Part shown: in pieces, positions 42,261 through 49,157 of the stretch | Layout of the letters: each line of letters begins with the position of its first letter | How positions within the stretch are numbered: position 1 is the stretch's first letter | Source: a virus | Direction: 5' to 3' (one strand) | IMG/VR virus record: IMGVR_UViG_3300024981_000005 | DNA length: 49,157 nucleotides | Program-made: the position numbers and the translations under genes | The notes under the pieces: generated by a model | Databases searched by the model: none | What the model saw: the letters and a program-made list of their open reading frames with translations, nothing else | What the model was told of the DNA's origin: nothing

Positions 42261-42917
42261 CTATCCGAACCCAGCGTTCCGCACTTTGGTGAAGACGTTG
42301 TACCAGGCGTTCCAATCGCCACTCTCGACGGCACTCATCCACACCAGCACCATCTCCCTCGCGAGGAGGGCGGCGTCGCCCATGCGGCGCTGATCGAAGC
42401 GCTCGACCTTCGCGGACAGGCCGAACCAACTCGGCGCGACGAGCTTCATCACCGACTGGAAGATCGGTTGCAGCAGCAGCTCCCTCGGGATGCGGTTCTG
42501 GCGCAGCAGCGTCTTGAGATTGCGCCTCGCGAGAATGTGCGCCTTATCGACCGGGCGCCCTTCGTCGCGGCGCCGGTTCCTGAGCCGGATCGTGCCTGCC
42601 GTGCCCAGATGCTGGTGGCAGCACTCCTCGTCTCTCACGGCGGGGTTCCGGCACTGCAAACCTGTGCGCTTGCTGATCCGGACGCAACGGCGAAGTCTCT
42701 CCCCGCCGATCTGGGTCGGGCCCCGGACAGCGGCAAGGTTCGCGAGATGCACGGGGTCGTGCTTCGCCCTCATCGAGAGCTTGGGGTTCTTCTTGCCTCT
42801 GGTCGCCTTCACCGAGCCACTACCGTAGGCCGCCTGCATCATGTCCCGGTTGAGCACTTCCACGGGCGACAGCTCACGCAGGGGTGTCTTCTTGGGTGCC
42901 GGGTTGTCTGTTGTCAT
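42261..42917 (-). CDS. Hypothetical basic protein with a Cys/His cluster; the only reverse-oriented gene in this arm
   Basis: RCVRISKRTGLQCRNPAVRDEECCHQHLG resembles the C-x(8-10)-G-x-C-x-x-P-A-x(6-8)-C-x-x-HGG motif of uncharacterised alphaproteobacterial mobile-element proteins, as I recall it. Confidence 0.6.
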   Translation of the reverse strand: MTTDNPAPKKTPLRELSPVEVLNRDMMQAAYGSGSVKATRGKKNPKLSMRAKHDPVHLANLAAVRGPTQIGGERLRRCVRISKRTGLQCRNPAVRDEECCHQHLGTAGTIRLRNRRRDEGRPVDKAHILARRNLKTLLRQNRIPRELLLQPIFQSVMKLVAPSWFGLSAKVERFDQRRMGDAALLAREMVLVWMSAVESGDWNAWYNVFTKVRNAGFG

Positions 42918-43057
42918 CGGGGTGGAGGCTCAGTGATTTGAAGGGCTTCCACACTACCGCTTCGGGCGCTGGGTTGTGTGTTGAAGGGGAGCTTGCCCGC
43001 GCCGCGCCGCTTGGGGTAGCCTCGCGCCGTGGACACTGGACAGGACACCCCCTCGCG

Positions 43058-43465
43058 ATGACGCGGCCCGACGCAGAAGCACTGACCACTTTCCTTGTGG
43101 TGTTCGGCATCGCCGCCGCGATCCTCCTGGCAGTGTTCAGCAACACGGCTCGCGGGCATTGGTGGGGGACGTTCGTCGCGGGCGCCCTCTCGGGCGGCAT
43201 TGGGGTCTTCACGGCGCTAGAGCGTCGAGCGGAAGTGATCCGGCTCGATGCCGAGCACGAGCAACGTCAGGCGGAATGGCGTCGCGAAGACGCGCTCGAC
43301 GCGGCGCGCCGGGAAGCGTTAGCAGCGCGCCAGAAAACCGAGACGCATCACCCAGGTCGAGACTTGGAGCTGGTCGCTCTCTGGGCGCGGCAGCGCGCGG
43401 AGGAATTGGAACGGGAGGAAGCGCAGGAAGACGCCGAGCGCCGGGCCCTAGAACGAGACTCTTGA
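43058..43465 (+). CDS. Membrane protein (2 TM segments) with a highly charged coiled-coil-like C-terminal half
   Basis: ATG at 43058. Hydrophobic stretches are LTTFLVVFGIAAAILLAVF and WGTFVAGALSGGIGVFTAL, followed by EHEQRQAEWRREDALDAARREALAARQK... Confidence 0.55.
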   Translation: MTRPDAEALTTFLVVFGIAAAILLAVFSNTARGHWWGTFVAGALSGGIGVFTALERRAEVIRLDAEHEQRQAEWRREDALDAARREALAARQKTETHHPGRDLELVALWARQRAEELEREEAQEDAERRALERDS

Positions 43466-43678
43466 CACGGACACCGGACACGTGCCAATGTCCACCCAGC
43501 GTTTGAAAGACGCAAAACCCTAGACGGAAGCCCTTCCCCGAAAGTCGGGCGCCGCCAAACTAAATTAGTCCGGGGTCCGTGCGCGCATGTCCAAGGCGCA
43601 CGCCCAAAGGCGCACGGAGCGTTCTAGGGCGCTCTTTCAGCCCCGGATGCTGGCCGCTCTCTGAAAGGAGCCCCCTAG

Positions 43679-43870
43679 ATGACGACCACGATCTATCACA
43701 CCAACCGAACCACCTCAGTGACGCGCACCCCGGTGCGCAAGCCCGCGCCACGCGCCGTTGAGCCTTTCAGCGTGACTGTTAGCGCCCCGGGGGAACTGGT
43801 TCTCTCGGGTATATCTCCGGACGTTCTGGCCGAACGGCTTCCCGCCATTGTGCGGCTCCTGACCCGCTAG
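43679..43870 (+). CDS. Hypothetical small protein (63 aa)
   Basis: AAAGGAG lies 8 nt before the ATG. Confidence 0.6.
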   Translation: MTTTIYHTNRTTSVTRTPVRKPAPRAVEPFSVTVSAPGELVLSGISPDVLAERLPAIVRLLTR

Positions 43871-43943
43871 GACACAGGCATTGGCGGCAGGAGGTAGACA
43901 CTCCTGCCGCGCATGCCCGTGTCCGGCGCGGTGCCCACGGTGC

Positions 43944-43972
43944 TTGACGAAAGCGACAAAAGCTACGATAAC
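43944..43972 (+). promoter_or_regulatory. Promoter candidate TTGACG-N12-GCTACGAT upstream of the CobS-like gene; another copy of the recurrent TTGACRAAASCGACA box
   Basis: The sequence is TTGACGAAAGCGACAAAAGCTACGATAAC. Its form is close to the Caulobacter-type TTGACGS-N10-14-GCTANAWC consensus as I recall it. Confidence 0.45.
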
Positions 43973-44044
43973 AAACGCGGGTGCTTCGCCACCGGCGCGG
44001 CGCCTATTCGAGCAAAACCACCACCAACAAGGACAGAAAGCCAA

Positions 44045-45610
44045 ATGGCAATCCTCACCAAGACCGCGCGGACGATCCTCCGTTCGCGCATCCGCCGCCA
44101 CCGCGACGCAGTGCTGATCGGACAGCACATCAATGGCGAATATGGCGTGACCAACGTTGCGGGGCTGACCAAGGATCAGCTTCTCGCGACCGCCGCCAAG
44201 TTCAACGTGCTCTTGCCGGACACCGACGAGTGCGACGCATACGACACCGTGCTGACGGGCGGCTACACCGGGGCGGAAGCCCTCGCGGCGGCGGACGCGC
44301 ACGCAACGGGCAAGAACCCCAGCGGGCCGATGATGCTGGTTACGCCCGTGAACCCGGGGCAAGCGGTGTCCCCGGTCATTGCAACCGCAGTCGGCACCGA
44401 CGCCGACGACGCGGACACTGAGGACGACGACGACGAGGAGGTAACGATCACTTCTGCTGCGCCAAGCGTTGCGCACGTTGCAAGCACAGGCACCGACGCG
44501 GAAACCGAAAAGGCCATTGAGGCAGACGTGCAGAGCCTCATGCAGATGATGGCGACGGGCAACTTTGCTGGCTATCAGGATGGCCTCAAGCGCCTCGCCC
44601 GCGAAGCGCGCAAGCCCGCTCGCGTCGAATACAAGACCGTGGCGCCCATCGATCCCTCCAAGATCAAGGGCCACGTCCCGACAGTGACGGGCGCCAAGAC
44701 GATGGCAGAGGCGGGCGTGCCCAACCTGGGCGGCGCTCGCATGGACGCCACCAAGCTGCCGACCTACGACACGCCCGACGCGCCCACTATCGACCCGCAC
44801 TACAACTGGCACCCCCAGACCGCCGTCATCCTGAGCGTGTTCCGGCGTGGTCAGCCCGTGTTCGGCTACGGCCCGGCAGGCACCGGCAAGACCGAGTTCG
44901 CCAAGCAGGTTGCGGCCCGCTGGGGGCGGCGCTTCGTGCGTATCTCGTGCGACGACCAGACCGAAGCGCAGACCCTTGTGGGCATGACCGTTCCGGACAA
45001 GGACGGCGGCGTGAAGTGGCAGGACGGGCAGCTTACTGCTGCGATCCGCGTCCCGGGCGCCGTGATCCTGATTGATGAGCCGAGCGTGGCACGCCCGGGC
45101 GCCCTGTTCGTGCTGCAAGCCGTCATGGACAGCGACAAGAAAATCCACATCGCTGAGACTGGCGAAGTTGTCCACGTCGCGCCCGACGTGATCATCATGC
45201 TCGCGGACAACACCAACGGCACGGGCGACACGACCGGCCAGTATGAGGCGACCCGCCGTCTCAACCGGGCGACCCTCGATCGTCCCGACGCGGTGATCCG
45301 GTTCGACTACATGACGCCAGTTGAAGAAACCAACGTCATTGCGGCGAAGACCGGCCTCAAGAAGCAGGCGGCGGCGCTTCTCGCTCGCTTCGGTGCACTC
45401 ACCCGCGCCAAGGCCGACGAAGGCAAGCTCGCGCATCCTGTGGGCCTGCGCCGTCTTCTGGCGATGGCTGCGATGCTGGCCGATGGCGTGGACCCAACCA
45501 CGGCGTTTCAGACCGCCGTGGTCGAGGGCGCGCCCTATGACGACAAAGAACCCCTGCGCCAGTTCTGGACGGCGGACGTGGACACCAACAAGCTCAAGCA
45601 GGCGGCCTGA
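44045..45610 (+). CDS. cobS: CobS-like AAA+ (MoxR/AAA_5 class) ATPase with a ~250-aa N-terminal extension containing an acidic stretch
   Basis: GYGPAGTGKTEFAKQVAARWGRRFVRISCD, Walker B VILIDEPSVARPG, and NTNGTGDTTGQYEATRRLNRATLDR, which matches the CobS GDttG.Y.GT..lN.A..DR pattern. Confidence 0.82.
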   Translation: MAILTKTARTILRSRIRRHRDAVLIGQHINGEYGVTNVAGLTKDQLLATAAKFNVLLPDTDECDAYDTVLTGGYTGAEALAAADAHATGKNPSGPMMLVTPVNPGQAVSPVIATAVGTDADDADTEDDDDEEVTITSAAPSVAHVASTGTDAETEKAIEADVQSLMQMMATGNFAGYQDGLKRLAREARKPARVEYKTVAPIDPSKIKGHVPTVTGAKTMAEAGVPNLGGARMDATKLPTYDTPDAPTIDPHYNWHPQTAVILSVFRRGQPVFGYGPAGTGKTEFAKQVAARWGRRFVRISCDDQTEAQTLVGMTVPDKDGGVKWQDGQLTAAIRVPGAVILIDEPSVARPGALFVLQAVMDSDKKIHIAETGEVVHVAPDVIIMLADNTNGTGDTTGQYEATRRLNRATLDRPDAVIRFDYMTPVEETNVIAAKTGLKKQAAALLARFGALTRAKADEGKLAHPVGLRRLLAMAAMLADGVDPTTAFQTAVVEGAPYDDKEPLRQFWTADVDTNKLKQAA

Positions 45611-45612
45611 GA

Positions 45613-45717
45613 GTGATCCGCCAATTCCTCAAAGACGGGGCGGCTCTGGCCGCCCTCATCCTCATCGTCGCTGGCGCGCTTGCATGGGCCGACGCCCTCA
45701 CGCGCCTCACCAACTGA
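45613..45717 (+). CDS. 34-codon hydrophobic micro-ORF (VIRQFLKDGAALAALILIVAGALAWADALTRLTN)
   Basis: A GTG lies 3 nt after the cobS-like stop, and the micro-ORF fills the cobS-cobT gap. It is below the 60-aa cutoff of the ORF track. Confidence 0.3.
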   Translation: MIRQFLKDGAALAALILIVAGALAWADALTRLTN

Positions 45718-45731
45718 AAGGACATTCCAAA

Positions 45732-47708
45732 ATGCTGAACATCTACGAGATGTCGGGCCGCGTGAAGTATTCCGACTTTGTGCCCGCCGCTGCTGAGCTT
45801 GTCCGGGCCATCGCTGCCCGCGCTGGCCGGAGCTATTCCAACGGCGTGCAGGTGCGGGTGGGCGGGGACACGGCGGGTGTGATCGAAATCGGGACATACC
45901 AGCTCACGCTCACCTTGCCCGCGATCCATCCGGACACGCTGATTAGCGCGGACCTCGCCCGGACCTTGATTGGTCTAGCTGTCCACGAAGCCGGACATGT
46001 GTTGCATACGCAAACCGACACCTTGCTCAACCGCATGAACGCCGCTGGGGGCAAAGCGCAGGCCGATGTCATGGGCGCGCTCGAAGACTATTTTGTTGAG
46101 CGGCGCAGCACGAACCCTGCGAAACCCATCGTGTCGAACGCGCCAGATCTGCTGGGCGCGCTCAACGTCAAGTTGCAGCAGGGCGTGGTGTCGAGCGCGC
46201 TCGCTGCGCGGCAGGCGCGGGACGCGCTCGGACAAGCCGCCGCGCTGGTCCTCGCGTCCCTCGACCGTCATGGGCGCCAGGGTGGCGTGTTGAAGTCGCT
46301 GGAAGCTGACACGCGCGCGGCGGTTGACCCCAAGGTTGTGGTTCTGGTTGATGCAATGTTGGACAAGCTGGACCAGCACGACGACAAGACCGGGGACGCC
46401 AAGAGCGCCACCGCGCAGCGTATTGCCGACTACGAAGCGTTCCTGCGGGCGTTGGGCGCCACGAAGCTGGCACCCCCGCAAGAGGAAGGCGAGGTGGAGG
46501 GCAAGGACAAGAGCAAGGACGCCGGGAGGGGCGACGGTAAGAGCGGAGGCAAGAGCGACGCGGGCGACGAAGCGAGCAAGGGCGCGGGGAAGGGCAAAGA
46601 CGAGGACAAGACCGAAGACGATCCGGCTGGCGACGAGCAGGGCGACGAGCAGGGCGACGATGGGCAGGGCGACGATGGGCAGGGCGACGATGGGCAGGGC
46701 GACGACAGCGACGATGGCGACAGCGACGGCACAGGTGAGACAGACGATGAAAGCGCTGGCGCCGGTTCGGCGCGTGGTGTGGGCAAGGGCCATGCGCCAC
46801 GCAAGAGTACGGCAGATCAGCGCAAGTCCAGAATGATGAAAGAGCTGCTGCCCGAGAGGTCGGACAAGGATCGCGACCTAGCGGAGCACCTTATGCCCGT
46901 CCTCGGACAGGACCCCAACGAGCCCGCCAGAGACGCACGTAGCCACTGGCGCCCGAACCCGGCTAGTAACGCCGATGTCCGGAAAGCCGCTGAGCGGGCC
47001 AATGCCCGGACCTTTGCGGACGCGGCGCGCCGCGCGCTCAAGAGCGAAGACACAACCGTCGTGTCCAGGCGCATGCAGACTGGCCGCCTTGATCGCCGCG
47101 CGATCTCGCGGGCTTCTATGGGCGCGGCGGACGTGATGAGCCGCAAGCGTGTGGATGAGGGCATTACGACCGCTGTCATGGTCATGCTCGATCTATCCAG
47201 TTCAATGGGGGACCTTGTGGTGGTGGGTGACGTGGGCATGTCCCGCGTCACGGCCAGCGTCGGTATGGCATCGGTGATCCTCCCGGCAATCGAGCGCGCG
47301 GGCGCGGCGGTGGCGCTGGGCGGTTTCACGGACATCCCGCTCCAGTTGATCGGCTGGAACGAACGCACGCCGACCGTGGAAGCCATGATGAAGAATTTCG
47401 GGGACCTCATATACGGTGGCGGCACTGCGATGTTGCGGCCCGCCATTTGGGCCGAGCGGCAGGTGCTGGCCCAGCGCGCGTCGCGTCGCGTTGTCGTGTG
47501 GCTCTGCGACGGGCAGGTAGGCGCCGAGGCGCCGGCTGTGCGCCACATCTTCACCAAGCCCGGCCCTGTTGAGCATTTCGGCATCGGCCTCCAATGCAAC
47601 ATCAGCAACCTGTTCAAGACCGGACACGCGGTGTCCATCCGGGACATGAGCACGCTGGCCTCGGCGTTTGAAAAGCTGATAATTCCACGCGGCGGTTTCC
47701 GGCGATGA
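45732..47708 (+). CDS. cobT: CobT-like protein: N-terminal domain carrying an HExxH motif, an acidic low-complexity linker, and a C-terminal von Willebrand A domain with a MIDAS motif
   Basis: AAAGGA lies before ATG 45732. HEAGH is at 45984-45998 and DLSSS (DxSxS) at 47190-47204. The acidic linker is DEQGDEQGDDGQGDDGQGDDGQGDDSDDGDSDG. Confidence 0.78.
   Translation: MLNIYEMSGRVKYSDFVPAAAELVRAIAARAGRSYSNGVQVRVGGDTAGVIEIGTYQLTLTLPAIHPDTLISADLARTLIGLAVHEAGHVLHTQTDTLLNRMNAAGGKAQADVMGALEDYFVERRSTNPAKPIVSNAPDLLGALNVKLQQGVVSSALAARQARDALGQAAALVLASLDRHGRQGGVLKSLEADTRAAVDPKVVVLVDAMLDKLDQHDDKTGDAKSATAQRIADYEAFLRALGATKLAPPQEEGEVEGKDKSKDAGRGDGKSGGKSDAGDEASKGAGKGKDEDKTEDDPAGDEQGDEQGDDGQGDDGQGDDGQGDDSDDGDSDGTGETDDESAGAGSARGVGKGHAPRKSTADQRKSRMMKELLPERSDKDRDLAEHLMPVLGQDPNEPARDARSHWRPNPASNADVRKAAERANARTFADAARRALKSEDTTVVSRRMQTGRLDRRAISRASMGAADVMSRKRVDEGITTAVMVMLDLSSSMGDLVVVGDVGMSRVTASVGMASVILPAIERAGAAVALGGFTDIPLQLIGWNERTPTVEAMMKNFGDLIYGGGTAMLRPAIWAERQVLAQRASRRVVVWLCDGQVGAEAPAVRHIFTKPGPVEHFGIGLQCNISNLFKTGHAVSIRDMSTLASAFEKLIIPRGGFRR
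46629..46697 (+). repeat. Tandem repeats: 2 x 12 bp (GGCGACGAGCAG) followed by 3 x 15 bp (GGCGACGATGGGCAG), encoding the acidic linker
   Basis: Read directly. Confidence 0.9.
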
Positions 47709-47809
47709 CGCCGGGCGTGGGCAGGCGATGGCGGGGCGACTTGCTCCGACTCGCTGCGATCCTGGCCAGTCTCGCGGCGTTGTGGATCGTGCTCGATACG
47801 TGGCTTTAG
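47705..47809 (+). CDS. 34-codon hydrophobic micro-ORF (MTPGVGRRWRGDLLRLAAILASLAALWIVLDTWL)
   Basis: ATGA overlap with the cobT-like stop; a terminator follows 27 nt later. Confidence 0.35.
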   Translation: MTPGVGRRWRGDLLRLAAILASLAALWIVLDTWL

Positions 47810-47835
47810 GCGAGGCGCTAGAACCCTCCTCCATC

Positions 47836-47868
47836 AGCCCCGCTAGGGTGACACCTAGCGGGGCTTTC
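47836..47868 (+). terminator. Stem-loop terminator closing the CobS/CobT-like operon
   Basis: AGCCCCGCTAGG-gtgaca-CCTAGCGGGGCT followed by TTCGCTT. Confidence 0.7.
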
Positions 47869-47949
47869 GCTTGCCTGCGGCCTCGCCAACCGCCCGCGCG
47901 CAAATCAGGGTATGACTGACAATCCCGAGAACCCAACGGTGAGCCGAAC

Positions 47950-48213
47950 ATGTCCAACGGAATGACACTGGATGACACGGACCTGGACGAGGCAAAACAG
48001 GCGCTTCGTGACGTGATGACCGACGCCCAGGCACCGGCAGCAGCCCGTGCGGCGGCGGCCCGCACGATGCTTGAGCTGGGCGGCGCGCTCGGACGCCACG
48101 CGGCGCCACCGGTGGACACCAGCAAGCCGACGAGCGAGATGAGCCGGGCGTCGCTCCTCGCTGAGCTGGCGGCCCTCGAAGACCCGGATGCCGCACAACC
48201 CCGCACTGAGTAG
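47950..48213 (+). CDS. Hypothetical 87-aa helical protein (a weak guess is small-terminase-like)
   Basis: GGTGAG lies before the ATG. AAARAAAARTMLELGGALGR is reminiscent of the AR.aAa..LLdRG.GK helix seen in some small terminase subunits. Confidence 0.5.
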   Translation: MSNGMTLDDTDLDEAKQALRDVMTDAQAPAAARAAAARTMLELGGALGRHAAPPVDTSKPTSEMSRASLLAELAALEDPDAAQPRTE

Positions 48214-48232
48214 CCCGCAAAGCCCCGGCCTC

Positions 48233-48288
48233 CTAGGCGGGCACACTCCCTTCCGGAGGGAACGCGCCTAGCTTTGCGTGGTTTTTGT
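48233..48288 (+). terminator. Compound hairpin plus a T-rich tract
   Basis: CTAGGCG...TCCCT-tccgg-AGGGA...CGCCTAG followed by CTTTGCGTGGTTTTTGTG. Confidence 0.5.
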
Positions 48289-48476
48289 GTGGGCATGGCC
48301 TCGATGGAGGGCAGGGCGGCGCCGGTCAGCTCCACGGCCTGGACACCGGCCCGGACACGGCACCCCGGCCCCTCCCCGTCACCCGGCGCGCGGGCTCACG
48401 TCCTTATCCGACATGCGCACAAAATTTCCGCATTTCTAACTTCCTGACAGTTCCGACAAAGCAAAAAGCGGCAGCG

Positions 48477-48722
48477 ATGAGCGAGAACGTCCGGGTCGGG
48501 GACTGGTGGTTCCGGGGCATCCAGATCAGGATAACGTGCCAGCGGTGTGGGCGCGTGCGGTACCTGCGCGGCGGCGATCTGCTGAACCTCAAGATTGCGA
48601 CCGAAGATACGTACCTCCGCGAAGACGACCTCCGCTGGGAGGAGCTACGTACCCGGCTCCATTGCGCGGCGGACGGCTGCGGCGGGCGCATGCCCAAGCT
48701 GGAGTTGGGCGTGTTCCGGTAG
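48477..48722 (+). CDS. Small zinc-ribbon-like protein (81 aa)
   Basis: CQRCGR ... CAADGCGG (CxxC ... CxxxC). The upstream part of track ORF 48285..48722 is discarded. Confidence 0.5.
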   Translation: MSENVRVGDWWFRGIQIRITCQRCGRVRYLRGGDLLNLKIATEDTYLREDDLRWEELRTRLHCAADGCGGRMPKLELGVFR

Positions 48723-48797
48723 TCGTTGACGAAGCAGCGAACCACTAGATATGGTCCCCCTGCTCGACTTAGCCGTGAACTGTCCTCACGGTGCAAA

Positions 48798-48831
48798 CCC
48801 CCGGGACTGAAAACCCCGGGGGTTCCTTTTT
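48798..48831 (+). terminator. Strong rho-independent terminator
   Basis: CCCCCGGG-actgaaaa-CCCCGGGGG followed by TTCCTTTTTG. Confidence 0.85.
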
Positions 48832-48906
48832 GCCCCCATCTTCGTCCAGCGAAGCACCCGGCCCGTTGCGTATGTTGCACACAAACGCAACCCCGAGCAT
48901 CGAGAT

Positions 48907-49157
48907 ATGGTCGAGCCCGTCCCGCAGAAGCCCAACCGCAGCTACAGCTTCACGAACCATCAGGCCACGCAGCCGACCGTTCCGCTGCCGGGCACGTCTG
49001 TGGACAACGAACTCGACAAGACCAACGGCGCCATCAGCGACGTGATCGACTTCGTGCGGCAGGCCATTGACGACGATGGCCGCATCAAGTCCGAAGCCGC
49101 GCTCTCGCTTGTCGGCCCGCAGGGTCCCGCTGGCCCGAAGGGTGATCAGGGCAACAC
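48907..49157 (+). CDS. Tail fibre protein, 5' part (continues at nt 1 of the circle, ending at 1487)
   Basis: ATG 48907 is in frame with track ORF 12..1487 through the 127-nt overlap (MVEPVPQKPNRSYSFTNHQATQPTVPLPGTSVDNELDKTNGAISDVIDF...). The frame is open to the window end. Confidence 0.8.
   Translation, partial: MVEPVPQKPNRSYSFTNHQATQPTVPLPGTSVDNELDKTNGAISDVIDFVRQAIDDDGRIKSEAALSLVGPQGPAGPKGDQGN
49031..49157. repeat. Second copy of the 127-nt terminal overlap (identical to 1-127)
   Basis: Base-by-base comparison. Confidence 0.97.

Overview
This GC-rich 49,157-nt window has identical first and last 127 nt, so it is a closed 49,030-bp circle. It is a complete temperate phage genome with a T7-type podovirus virion module. 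The host is most likely an alphaproteobacterium, based on a GcrA homologue and a CCA-encoding tRNA-Thr fragment. Map, plus strand 48907 (through the junction) to 24029: tail fibre, SASA/SGNH esterase, GH24 endolysin with three small membrane proteins, large terminase, portal, scaffold, major capsid, adaptor and nozzle, then internal virion proteins including a second GH24 lysozyme and a 2108-aa HExxH giant. Next comes a 360-nt non-coding region (24030-24388) carrying the 3' 50 nt of a tRNA-Thr(GGU), a candidate attP. The leftward early operon (24389-37291, minus strand) holds a terminator-bracketed moron, an Acb2-like sponge candidate, a GcrA-like regulator and a hexapeptide-repeat protein. 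It continues with a family-A DNA polymerase, a DUF5664-like protein, a DUF2815 SSB, a DUF2800 nuclease, a HAD phosphatase, MazG, an SNF2 helicase, RuvC and a Cro-like protein. After the switch region the plus strand encodes a CI-like repressor, an excisionase-like HTH protein, a tyrosine integrase and a primase-helicase. These are followed by a terminator and a TGTCTC-repeat/AT-rich region, one reverse-oriented Cys/His protein, and an operon with CobS-like AAA+ and CobT-like HExxH+vWA proteins, each trailed by a 34-codon hydrophobic micro-ORF. I saw no rRNA, intact tRNA, CRISPR array or transposase. The points most worth follow-up are the CobS/CobT-like operon, the Acb2-like gene in the accessory early region, the three dispersed nucleotide-hydrolase genes, the attP-like tRNA fragment 14 kb from the integrase, the giant virion protein, and the repeat/AT-rich region after the primase-helicase. 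All family assignments rest on motifs read by eye and recalled from memory; no database search was possible.
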